Shown piece by piece: positions 37,363 to 45,802 of a stretch of 64,000 nt of DNA. The stretch comes from an uncultured Spirochaetales bacterium (GTDB lineage Bacteria > Spirochaetota > Spirochaetia > CAYLLE01). The stretch spans positions 4,258-68,257 of the forward strand of contig CAYLLE010000005.1 in NCBI GenBank assembly GCA_964384485.1, read 5' to 3'. How positions within the stretch are numbered: the first letter of the stretch is position 1; every line of letters begins with the position of its first letter. The notes under the pieces were generated by a model. The model saw only the letters and a program-made list of their open reading frames with translations, had not been told where the DNA came from and searched no databases. The translations under genes and the position numbers were made by a program.

Positions 37363-39324
37363 ATGGGGAAAACAGTCAGTTTTAATGAAATCCGGGAATA
37401 CATGGAAACGCAGGCCGAGGAAGACCGGAAGCGCAACTATGTTACCGTTACGGCTGATTCCCTGGATGATGCCCTGAATCAGGCATCCGTTGAGCTTGGT
37501 GTGCCTATAAAAAAAATCGAATACGAAATAATCGAGAAAGGGGCTAAAGGTCTCCTCGGAATGGGGAAGAAAAGTTTTCTCATCATGGCCTACACGGCAC
37601 GGGAAGAAAGCGAGGTATCCGAAGAAGATATCGGTATAGATTTCGGAACTCTGGGCGGAGGTTCTGAGGAAGCGGTAACAGACGGCAAAGCTGCTGTTCG
37701 GTTTTCGACGGATGGTATTCTGCTGAAGGTTACAAAACCCAGCCGCGGCGGAAAAAAGGTTGATGAACGGGACGCTATGGACCGGCTTTTGGAACGGCTG
37801 GGAACGACAGACCCGGTTGACACCTCCCTGGTTTCAAAGACCGTAAAACAAGCTCAGGGTGAGTTTATTAAGGTCGGCGATTTCGAGCATAATCCGGCAA
37901 ATGACGCCATGGTCACGGTGGATATTACCGATATGGAAATGAAAGCCTACCTGAATGCTACCCCTCCGGGAAAAGGCGGAACAGATCCGGAATATGATTA
38001 CATAATCACCTTCCTTCAGAACAATAATGTAGTTGAAGGGATTAAAGAAGATGAAATCCGTTCCTTTATTGAAAATCCCGTATATGGAGAGCCTATTTTG
38101 GCAGCGGAAGGGAAAGCGCCGGAAAACGGAGCTGACGCCCGGGTAGCCTACAACTTTGAAACTGATAAATCGAAAGTTAAGCTCAAAGAAAAAGACGGAA
38201 AGGTAGATTTTAAGGAACTCAATATCATCACTAATGTCGTTGAAGGTCAGGTAGTGGCTCGGAAGATTCCCGCGGAACGGGGAAAAAGCGGCAGAACGGT
38301 AACCGGTAAACTGCTCCCGGCAACAGATGGAAAAGATGTTAATATAAATGCCGGTAAAAATGTTGCAGTATCTGAAGACGGTACGGTTGCAACAGCCGAA
38401 TTGAACGGTCAGGTGGTGATCCAGGCCGGCAAGATAAATGTCGAACCGATATATGTGGTTCAGGGAGATGTGAACCTTAAAACGGGAAATATTCTTTTTC
38501 TGGGAACCGTTATCGTTAAAGGAAATGTGGAGGACGGTTTTTCCGTCAAAGCTTCCGGAAACATTGAAGTAATGGGCAGTGTCGGAAGATGCGAACTCGA
38601 CGCGGAAGGGGACATTGTCGTACATCAGGGGATTGCCGGAAAGAACTCAGGTATTGTACAGGCGGGACAGACTGTCTGGTCTAAGTTCATCGAAAACACC
38701 CGGGTAGAAGCCGGTGAACTGGTGGTTGTTTCGGACGGAATTATAAATTCGGAAGTATTTTCCGATAAAAAAATTATATGCAAAGGGAAACGGGCAAATA
38801 TCGTCGGGGGTAAACTCCGGGCGGCTTCAGAGATCAACGCAAACGCTCTGGGGTCTGTTGCCGGAATGGAGACTATTCTTGAAGTGGGATACGATCCGAA
38901 GATAAAAGAGCAAATGCTTAAGCTGGATACAGAACGGGAAGAATTAACCAAAGAACTTGATGAAATCAATCTGAACTTGTCTACGATTCAGTCGGCGGTA
39001 AAGAAGACCAAAAAGAAGCTGAGTCCGGATAAGAAGGAAGCCCTGGACAGAATGCTGAAACGGGCAAAAGAAATATCGGCCCGTATAAGCGAAATTGACA
39101 CCGACCGGGAAGAAAAAAAGCAGTATCTTTCTCAGCTGCAAATGGACGGCCGTATTTCAGCATCCGGAAAAGTGTATCCGGGTGTAAAAATCAGCATAAA
39201 AGATGCTTTTCTGGAAGTCCGGAACGAGTTCAAATCCGTCACCTTTATTTCCGAAGCGGGTAATGTTAAAATTTCGAAATACATAGAATCGGAGGAAGAT
39301 ACTGATCTGATTCGCAAGGATTGA
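37363..39324 (+). CDS. FapA (DUF342) family protein with N-terminal Jag_N-like domain
   Basis: N-terminal ADSLDDALNQASVELG...EIIEKGAKGLLGMG, then a DUF342 beta-helix (GDVNLKTGNILFLGTVIVKGNV) and GKVYPGV. Confidence 0.85.
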   Translation: MGKTVSFNEIREYMETQAEEDRKRNYVTVTADSLDDALNQASVELGVPIKKIEYEIIEKGAKGLLGMGKKSFLIMAYTAREESEVSEEDIGIDFGTLGGGSEEAVTDGKAAVRFSTDGILLKVTKPSRGGKKVDERDAMDRLLERLGTTDPVDTSLVSKTVKQAQGEFIKVGDFEHNPANDAMVTVDITDMEMKAYLNATPPGKGGTDPEYDYIITFLQNNNVVEGIKEDEIRSFIENPVYGEPILAAEGKAPENGADARVAYNFETDKSKVKLKEKDGKVDFKELNIITNVVEGQVVARKIPAERGKSGRTVTGKLLPATDGKDVNINAGKNVAVSEDGTVATAELNGQVVIQAGKINVEPIYVVQGDVNLKTGNILFLGTVIVKGNVEDGFSVKASGNIEVMGSVGRCELDAEGDIVVHQGIAGKNSGIVQAGQTVWSKFIENTRVEAGELVVVSDGIINSEVFSDKKIICKGKRANIVGGKLRAASEINANALGSVAGMETILEVGYDPKIKEQMLKLDTEREELTKELDEINLNLSTIQSAVKKTKKKLSPDKKEALDRMLKRAKEISARISEIDTDREEKKQYLSQLQMDGRISASGKVYPGVKISIKDAFLEVRNEFKSVTFISEAGNVKISKYIESEEDTDLIRKD

Positions 39325-39326
39325 TC

Positions 39327-39641
39327 ATGGCAATTCAACCAATTGATGTGCAGGTCCTGTTTTCCAGATTGAGCCAGATCGGAAAGGAACAGGCCGCCAG
39401 TAAAGACGCTATTCTCCAAAGCCAGGCCGCAGCGGGTAACGAAATCCTTGAAAAGACCAGGCAGCAGGAAAGATCAGTCCGGGAAACAGACGACATAGAG
39501 GAAGGTCCTGATAAAGCTAACGATGAAGAAGAGAAGAAAAACCAAAAGCGGAACGGCGCCCGCAAGGAGCGGCAGCAGGAAGATGAGCGGCAAGTATTTA
39601 CGGATCCTGATATAGGTACCCAGGTAGATATTTCCGGTTGA
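39327..39641 (+). CDS. Small flagellar-operon hypothetical protein
   Basis: MAIQPIDVQV start, charged middle, C-terminal FTDPDIGTQVDISG; tightly packed in the operon. Confidence 0.75.
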   Translation: MAIQPIDVQVLFSRLSQIGKEQAASKDAILQSQAAAGNEILEKTRQQERSVRETDDIEEGPDKANDEEEKKNQKRNGARKERQQEDERQVFTDPDIGTQVDISG

Positions 39642-39645
39642 TATT

Positions 39646-40140
39646 ATGAATCTTCTAATCACTTTAGCGGTCAATCTACTGCTGATGGCAGTTTTCTTTA
39701 TATTTATCACGAAAAGAATGGAACGGCGGTTCAGTACCGAATTATTTCTGGAGGATGTCCGGAAGGAAGTTGAAGGTATTATTGTCGAATTGAACGGTAC
39801 CACGGACCGGAATATCGCGCTTGTGGAAGACAGGATTCAAACTTTAGGAGAAATCTTGCGGAACGCCGATAAAAAAATAGAGATTCTGAACAGGGAATCG
39901 CGGCGTAAGGTAACCAGCGATTTCCGGTACAACGATATTTTAAAGCGGAATCCTCCTTCCGAACCGCCGTCTTCTCGCGTAAAGAGAGAGGAGAAAGAAG
40001 CACCCGGGGGAGATGAAGACCTCAAGAAGCGGATACGGGAATTATACCGGCAGGGAATTTCCGCCGCCCTTATAGCAAAAAAAACAGGAGTAACCCAGGG
40101 TGAGGTGGATCTTTATATTTCCTTGATAGAAAAAAATTAA
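39646..40140 (+). CDS. SwrB/DUF2802-like membrane protein with C-terminal HTH
   Basis: N-terminal TM helix, coiled coil, HTH-like IRELYRQGISAALIAKKTGVTQGEVDLYI. Confidence 0.7.
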   Translation: MNLLITLAVNLLLMAVFFIFITKRMERRFSTELFLEDVRKEVEGIIVELNGTTDRNIALVEDRIQTLGEILRNADKKIEILNRESRRKVTSDFRYNDILKRNPPSEPPSSRVKREEKEAPGGDEDLKKRIRELYRQGISAALIAKKTGVTQGEVDLYISLIEKN

Positions 40141-40157
40141 CACCGGGTAGAGGGAAG

Positions 40158-41876
40158 ATGAAACAGGTGATAGGCATCGACTTAGGTACGACAAATTCTG
40201 CCATGGCATTTATGGATGGTGATGAACCCAAGCTAATTCCCAATAACCGGGGAAGCCGCATTACCCCGTCGGTCGTAGCCTTTACTCCGGAAGGAGATGT
40301 TCTGGTCGGAGAATCGGCCAAAAACCAGGCGGCTGTAAACGCGGAGGGGACAGTTTCGGCTGTTAAACGAGCCATGGGAACGGACCGTGTTTTTAACGTC
40401 CGGGGAAAAAACTACACCCCCGTCGATATCAGTTCATTTATTTTACAGAAGATGAAATCCGACGCGGAAGCATACCTGGGAGAGCCGATTACTGAGGCGG
40501 TCATTACCGTTCCGGCTTACTTCTCCGAACCTCAGCGCCGCGCAACAGTTGAGGCCGGAAAAAAAGCCGGTCTTGATGTCAGGCGGGTCCTGAATGAGCC
40601 CACCGCGGCAGCTCTGGCATACGCGCACCGCATGACCGAAGAGAAGCGCATCCTGGTGTATGATCTTGGGGGCGGAACCTTCGATGTAACGTGTCTGGCA
40701 AAGGAAGAAAACCGGTTCGTTGTCAAATCAACCGGAGGCGACCCTTTTTTGGGGGGACTGGATTTTGACAGACTCCTCCTTAAACGGGTTCTCGAATCGT
40801 TCCGGAAACAGACGAATCTTCCCCTTGAAGAAGATCCGGTTATTCTTCAGCAGCTGAATGAACAGGTTGAATCTGCGAAAAAAGAACTTTCTTCCAGGGA
40901 ATCAGCGACCATTTCCCTTCCTTTTATTTCCGGAACGGGGAAACCACTCCATCTCACGTGCTCAGTGTCCCGGCGGGAATTTGATGAGATTATTGATGCT
41001 CTGGTAAAGCGTACGATAAAACGGACCCAGCGGGCTGTAGCCGACGCGGGATTCGGGATCTCCGGCATCGACTTTCTGGTCCTTTCCGGCGGAAGTTCCC
41101 GGATTCCCCTGGTCCGCCGGTATTTAGACAGAATTCTCTCTCCGAAACAGGCAAATCAGGTAAATCCGGATGAAATTGTTGCTATGGGTGCTGCTGTACA
41201 GGCATCGATGCTGAATGGCTCCGATTCATCACTGCATGAAGAAATAATCCTTAAAGAAATAACATCGTATCACCTGGGAGTCGAAATTGAAGGCGACACC
41301 TTTGTCCCCATAATACCTAAAAATAGTTCTATTCCCGCGAGGGCGGAGAAAATATTTACAACGGTTGAAGATAATCAATCCTCCGTTGAAATCCATGTGA
41401 TGCAGGGACAAAGTGAAATTGCTTCTAACAATAGATCACTCGGAAGATTTCTGCTTTCCGGTATCCGGGAAGGCCGAAAGGGACAGCCCCGTATTTCTGT
41501 TGCTTTTTCCATTGATGCGGACGGGTTGGCCGATGTCGGAGCCTTCGACCTCGATACAGGAGTTCAGCAGCGGATAAGCATTACACCCCTTCTGGCAAGA
41601 GGAGAAAACATCGCGGAAGATAAACCCCGCGATGAAAACGGCAGATTAAGAGCGGCATTTCTACGGGACCGTCTTTTCCGGCTGAAGGAGACGGGTAAAC
41701 AGGAACTGGGTCCTGATTTTTGTGATGAAATTTCCGAGCTTTTAATGTTAACCGATACCGCAATCGGCGAAAATGATGTAAAATCCATGAAAGAGTGTCA
41801 GCTGGCCATGGAAACTCTTATCGGAGAAATTGAAGCGGTAATAGGAAAGGAGGAAGCAGAATATGGAGGCGCTTAA
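40158..41876 (+). CDS. Hsp70 family chaperone (atypical DnaK paralogue)
   Basis: GIDLGTTNS, ITVPAYF, NEPTAAALAY, YDLGGGTFDV, LSGGSSRIP; substrate-binding beta domain and a short lid. Confidence 0.95.
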   Translation: MKQVIGIDLGTTNSAMAFMDGDEPKLIPNNRGSRITPSVVAFTPEGDVLVGESAKNQAAVNAEGTVSAVKRAMGTDRVFNVRGKNYTPVDISSFILQKMKSDAEAYLGEPITEAVITVPAYFSEPQRRATVEAGKKAGLDVRRVLNEPTAAALAYAHRMTEEKRILVYDLGGGTFDVTCLAKEENRFVVKSTGGDPFLGGLDFDRLLLKRVLESFRKQTNLPLEEDPVILQQLNEQVESAKKELSSRESATISLPFISGTGKPLHLTCSVSRREFDEIIDALVKRTIKRTQRAVADAGFGISGIDFLVLSGGSSRIPLVRRYLDRILSPKQANQVNPDEIVAMGAAVQASMLNGSDSSLHEEIILKEITSYHLGVEIEGDTFVPIIPKNSSIPARAEKIFTTVEDNQSSVEIHVMQGQSEIASNNRSLGRFLLSGIREGRKGQPRISVAFSIDADGLADVGAFDLDTGVQQRISITPLLARGENIAEDKPRDENGRLRAAFLRDRLFRLKETGKQELGPDFCDEISELLMLTDTAIGENDVKSMKECQLAMETLIGEIEAVIGKEEAEYGGA

Positions 41877-42528
41877 TCAGGCCCAGGAACACCGCTGCCT
41901 CAAGCTCCTCGGCCTTTCCGGTAACGCCAGCACGGAAGACATAAAACGCGCCTTCCGTATGCTGGCAAAAAAAATGCATCCCGATGCGAATCCGGCGGGG
42001 GGGAACCCTTCGAAGTTCGCGGAAATCAGGAACGCGTATGATTATCTGACCCGAAACCGGAAACAGACAATCACCTTTCCCCGGGAAAGAAGCACCTCCG
42101 GCCGGAGTTACCGGCCGAACAAAAAAGAACCCGGTATCTTTTCCTGGGGCGAAGATCTGTTGACTTCCGCGGTTCCTTCCGTCCGTATTTTTGCCGCCAG
42201 GGCCCTTGGGAACAGCGGAAAAAGAGCGGCTTACACCTTTTTGCGGAAGGCTCTCTATGACACGGATGAATTAGTAGTGCAGGAAGCGGTTAAAAGCATC
42301 GGTCAGCTCGAAATCACGCAGTCTGCCGGTGAATTGGCGTCGCTCTACAATCGCTCCGATCGGGAGATGAAATTACATATCCTGTCTGCGGTTGAAAAAA
42401 TGGGTCATCTGAAAAATTTTCAGAATCTAATTTTGACCGGCATAAAAGATATTGATCCGGATGTCAGAAGAAAGTTTATGAAACTTTTCTTCCGGTACCG
42501 GAGCGAAACTGGAGAAACAAGAAACTGA
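41863..42528 (+). CDS. J-domain protein with HEAT repeats
   Basis: N-terminal J domain with intact HPD (AKKMHPDAN) and HEAT-like repeats (VRIFAARALG, VVQEAVKSIG); no zinc finger or G/F region. Confidence 0.88.
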   Translation: MEALNQAQEHRCLKLLGLSGNASTEDIKRAFRMLAKKMHPDANPAGGNPSKFAEIRNAYDYLTRNRKQTITFPRERSTSGRSYRPNKKEPGIFSWGEDLLTSAVPSVRIFAARALGNSGKRAAYTFLRKALYDTDELVVQEAVKSIGQLEITQSAGELASLYNRSDREMKLHILSAVEKMGHLKNFQNLILTGIKDIDPDVRRKFMKLFFRYRSETGETRN

Positions 42529-44264
42529 TGGATCAGCAGAACACGGGCCGGGATCATCAAAGTCTCTGGCAGATATTTATACGGGATTCCCGGAACTTTA
42601 TGGAAACTCTTGACACCTCGGTCCCGGAGCTATCAGCATCGAATGAACAGCAGCCGGACATTATTTCGCGGATTTTCCGGGCTCTCCATTCACTTAAATC
42701 GGAAGCCGATTTTTTGGAAATAGACGATGTCGCGGCTGCCGCGGATTCGGTGGAGGACGCGCTGAGTGAACTGAAGTCCGGTGGAGATCCGTCGGAAGTT
42801 GAAAGGCGATATGCCGGTTTGCGTGATATCCTTAATAAAAAGCTGAAAAAGCGGGGAATAGGGTTCCGGTCCCTAACCAAGCTCGAGTCGGAACGGACGG
42901 AAGAGGCTCTGGAACGGAAGGAACAGCTCTATACTGTCCGGTACACAGCCGCGGAAGATGAAGAAGTCCCGTCCGCCAGGCTGTACCTGGCCCTGGACCG
43001 GCTGGAACGTATCAGGAATGTTATTGCCGTCGAACCGGCAGCGGAGAAACTCGAGGAAGCAAATCTCAGGTCCATTACAATTCTTTTTTCACAGGGCGGA
43101 AAGATTCCGAACGATGACGAAATGCCCCAGGTCGACCGGCTGGATATGGCAGGACCCCTTTTTTACGATCCCCATGCCCCTTCGGACCAGTACCAGGGAG
43201 TGGAAGGAGATAATCCGGATGACACGGTACAGACAGCTCCCATCCCCATTGAGGGAGGAAGACGGGGGTATCTCGCGGAAGATTTTCAGAAGACCCTTTT
43301 TCTAACGGCATCATTAATACAGAAAACTACGTTTCTTGAAGGAACAATCAGGGAAAGAACGGTAAGGAATATTTTCGGTCTGGATACTCATCTCTGCGGC
43401 AGGGAAAAGATCCAGCTTCAGCCGGTATTTGATGAACTTTTAGACCGTGGAAAGAGGATGGCAGCGGAAGCGGGAAAAAATATCAGATTTACCTTTTCCG
43501 GCAAATCCGTTGCTGTTTTTCCGCCGATTGCCGAACTGTTGACCGAAATCATCATTCATCTTCTTAAAAACTGCATCGTACACGGTATTGAATCACCGGA
43601 AAATCGGAAAGAGCTGAACAAAAATCCGGAAGGCTCTGTTGAAATCGGTATCATAAGAAAAAACGGGATAGATACTATCAGCGTAAAAGACGACGGCAGA
43701 GGTATATCCGAAAAAGAGGTAAGGGAAGCCTCGGGCAACCGGGATTCACCGGTCCTGGACATAATTGCCGCGCCCGGTTTTACCACCAGACCGAAGACCG
43801 AGCGGAATTCGGGCCGGGGAGTTGGTCTCGATACGGTCCGCCATACCGTCGAGCGGCTTATGGGCGGGAAACTCGTCATGAGAACCGAACCGGGCCGAGG
43901 CACGGGATTTTTTATTTCAATCCCTGCCGATCTCCGTCCGGTCCGGTTCATCGTCTGCCGGAACGGGAATGCGTTTCTGGCGGTGCCGGCTTTCGGAATA
44001 AAGAAGTCGGAACTAACTGATCACAGCCGGGCTAAAGAATATGCCGTGGAGAACCGCTTGCGGGTTTCCGGCAGCGAATCTAAAGGCTCTGAAGGGAAGG
44101 TCCTCATGATTCATTATGCCGACGGGGCATCCGAATTCCTGCTTCTGTCGGACTCACTTGTTTCCGAGGAAGTCTCAATCATCTCTCCTCTCCGGAAGAC
44201 TAAAGTATACTCCCAGACTGCACGAAAACCGGCACTGATAGTACCGCCGTTAAAGGGAATTTGA
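42528..44264 (+). CDS. CheA-like histidine kinase (Hpt-P2-HATPase, degenerate P3 and P5)
   Basis: Hpt FRALHSLK, P2-like segment, N box HLLKNCIVHGIE, G1 DDGRGI, F box APGFTT, G2 SGRGVGLD. Confidence 0.85.
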   Translation: MDQQNTGRDHQSLWQIFIRDSRNFMETLDTSVPELSASNEQQPDIISRIFRALHSLKSEADFLEIDDVAAAADSVEDALSELKSGGDPSEVERRYAGLRDILNKKLKKRGIGFRSLTKLESERTEEALERKEQLYTVRYTAAEDEEVPSARLYLALDRLERIRNVIAVEPAAEKLEEANLRSITILFSQGGKIPNDDEMPQVDRLDMAGPLFYDPHAPSDQYQGVEGDNPDDTVQTAPIPIEGGRRGYLAEDFQKTLFLTASLIQKTTFLEGTIRERTVRNIFGLDTHLCGREKIQLQPVFDELLDRGKRMAAEAGKNIRFTFSGKSVAVFPPIAELLTEIIIHLLKNCIVHGIESPENRKELNKNPEGSVEIGIIRKNGIDTISVKDDGRGISEKEVREASGNRDSPVLDIIAAPGFTTRPKTERNSGRGVGLDTVRHTVERLMGGKLVMRTEPGRGTGFFISIPADLRPVRFIVCRNGNAFLAVPAFGIKKSELTDHSRAKEYAVENRLRVSGSESKGSEGKVLMIHYADGASEFLLLSDSLVSEEVSIISPLRKTKVYSQTARKPALIVPPLKGI

Positions 44265-44311
44265 TCTTCCAAATATACAGACAAAATACAGATAAAATAC
44301 CCGCGTAGTGC

Positions 44312-44340
44312 TTGACCAACATGGAAGACCTATGTATAGT
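44312..44340 (+). promoter_or_regulatory. Candidate sigma70 promoter of the betaine ABC importer
   Basis: TTGACC-N17-TATAGT, 250 bp upstream of the proV ATG. Confidence 0.6.
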
Positions 44341-44590
44341 ATACATACCGTTATGTTTGACAGAAGGTATATCTTTAAAAGCATTTATAGAATTCCGCCC
44401 GATTTCCCAGACTGACTTAAATATAATTTAACTTTCAACCGAGGGCTCTTAAATTTCATTGTTGGTTTCGAGCCTTACAAGCGGGTAGTTTTACGGATCT
44501 TGATTGATTTATAAAACAAAAGGGCAAAGTAGGTTTGCTTATGTACTTTAGTCCTTTCATGGCGGAAATTATCTTTAATAAGGTAAAAAG

Positions 44591-45802
44591 ATGAGTCAAG
44601 AACAGAAAATTAAAATTGAGGTGAAAAACATCTACAAAGTTTTCGGCCGGCACTCCAAAAGGGGAGTTGAGCTTCACCGGAAAGGTGTCTCTAAGGATAC
44701 ACTTTTGAAGAAGCATAAACTTTCACTTGGTGTTGCTGATGCTTCCTTCGTTGTATATGAAGGGGAGACCCTGGTGGTAATGGGTTTATCGGGAAGCGGA
44801 AAATCAACCCTGCTCCGGTGTGTAAACCGGCTGATTGAACCCACATCCGGAACAGTTATTGTAGATGGAAAAGACGTTACCAAACTTGACGACGTTGGAT
44901 TGCGGATGATCCGCCGGAAGAAGTTCGGAATGGTATTCCAGCATTTCGCGTTATTTCCTCACATGACCGTACTCCAGAACACCGCTTTCGGGCTGGATAT
45001 TCAGGGGATGGAGCAGAAGGAACGGGAAAAAAAGGCCGCCGAGGCCCTGCAGCTTGTCGGATTGGGGGGTTATGAAGATTCCCTTCCCGGCGCGCTGAGC
45101 GGCGGAATGAAGCAGCGGGTCGGATTAGCCCGGGCTTTGGCTGTGGATCCGGATATCCTTCTGATGGATGAAGCGTTCAGTGCTTTAGATCCCCTTATCC
45201 GGACAGATATGCAGGATGAACTCCTTAGTTTGGAAGAACGGGTGCAGAAGACAATACTCTTCATCACCCATGATCTCGACGAAGCACTTAAAATGGGAGA
45301 CCGGATCATACTGATGAAGGACGGAGCCATTGTCCAGATCGGGACACCGGAAGACATTCTGGTGCATCCCGCGAACGAATACGTTCAGCGGTTTCTGGAA
45401 AACGTTGATGTTACAAAGGTTCTTACCGCGTCCGACGCCATGAAGCGGGCGGTACCTGTCGCGTTTGTCAAGGACGGTCCGACCGTGGCTCTCCGGAAGA
45501 TGCGGGAAGCCGGAATGAGCGGACTTCATGTTGTCCGGAGAGACCACCAGCTGGTCGGATATGTTACGGCGGAAGCTGCCGCGGAAGGGGCCAAGCGGGC
45601 CGAAAAATGGCTGGACCATGTTATGAAACACGAAGAGATCGAAACGGTTCACATGGATACGCCGGTTAGAAACCTGTTCCATCTTGTTGCAGGTTCAACT
45701 GAACCGGTAGCAGTCGTGGATGATGAAAACAAACTCCGGGGATACCTTGTGAAGGGTTCCGTACTCGGTGCTCTTGCCGAGAGAGGAGATATCAGTGAAT
45801 AG
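44591..45802 (+). CDS. proV: Glycine betaine/proline ABC transporter ATPase with CBS domains
   Basis: GLSGSGKS, LSGGMKQRVGLARAL, LMDEAFSALDPLIR, C-terminal CBS pair. Confidence 0.95.
   Translation: MSQEQKIKIEVKNIYKVFGRHSKRGVELHRKGVSKDTLLKKHKLSLGVADASFVVYEGETLVVMGLSGSGKSTLLRCVNRLIEPTSGTVIVDGKDVTKLDDVGLRMIRRKKFGMVFQHFALFPHMTVLQNTAFGLDIQGMEQKEREKKAAEALQLVGLGGYEDSLPGALSGGMKQRVGLARALAVDPDILLMDEAFSALDPLIRTDMQDELLSLEERVQKTILFITHDLDEALKMGDRIILMKDGAIVQIGTPEDILVHPANEYVQRFLENVDVTKVLTASDAMKRAVPVAFVKDGPTVALRKMREAGMSGLHVVRRDHQLVGYVTAEAAAEGAKRAEKWLDHVMKHEEIETVHMDTPVRNLFHLVAGSTEPVAVVDDENKLRGYLVKGSVLGALAERGDISE

Noticed and set aside
40141-40157. Heat-shock control (CIRCE) for the Hsp70 gene
   Set aside because: The gap is only 17 nt and I saw no TTAGCACTC-N9-GAGTGCTAA nearby.
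44519-44557. AGGGCAAA as a c-di-GMP-I riboswitch start
   Set aside because: The GAAA tetraloop, GACGCAAAG and receptor motifs are missing; kept only as an unassigned hairpin.
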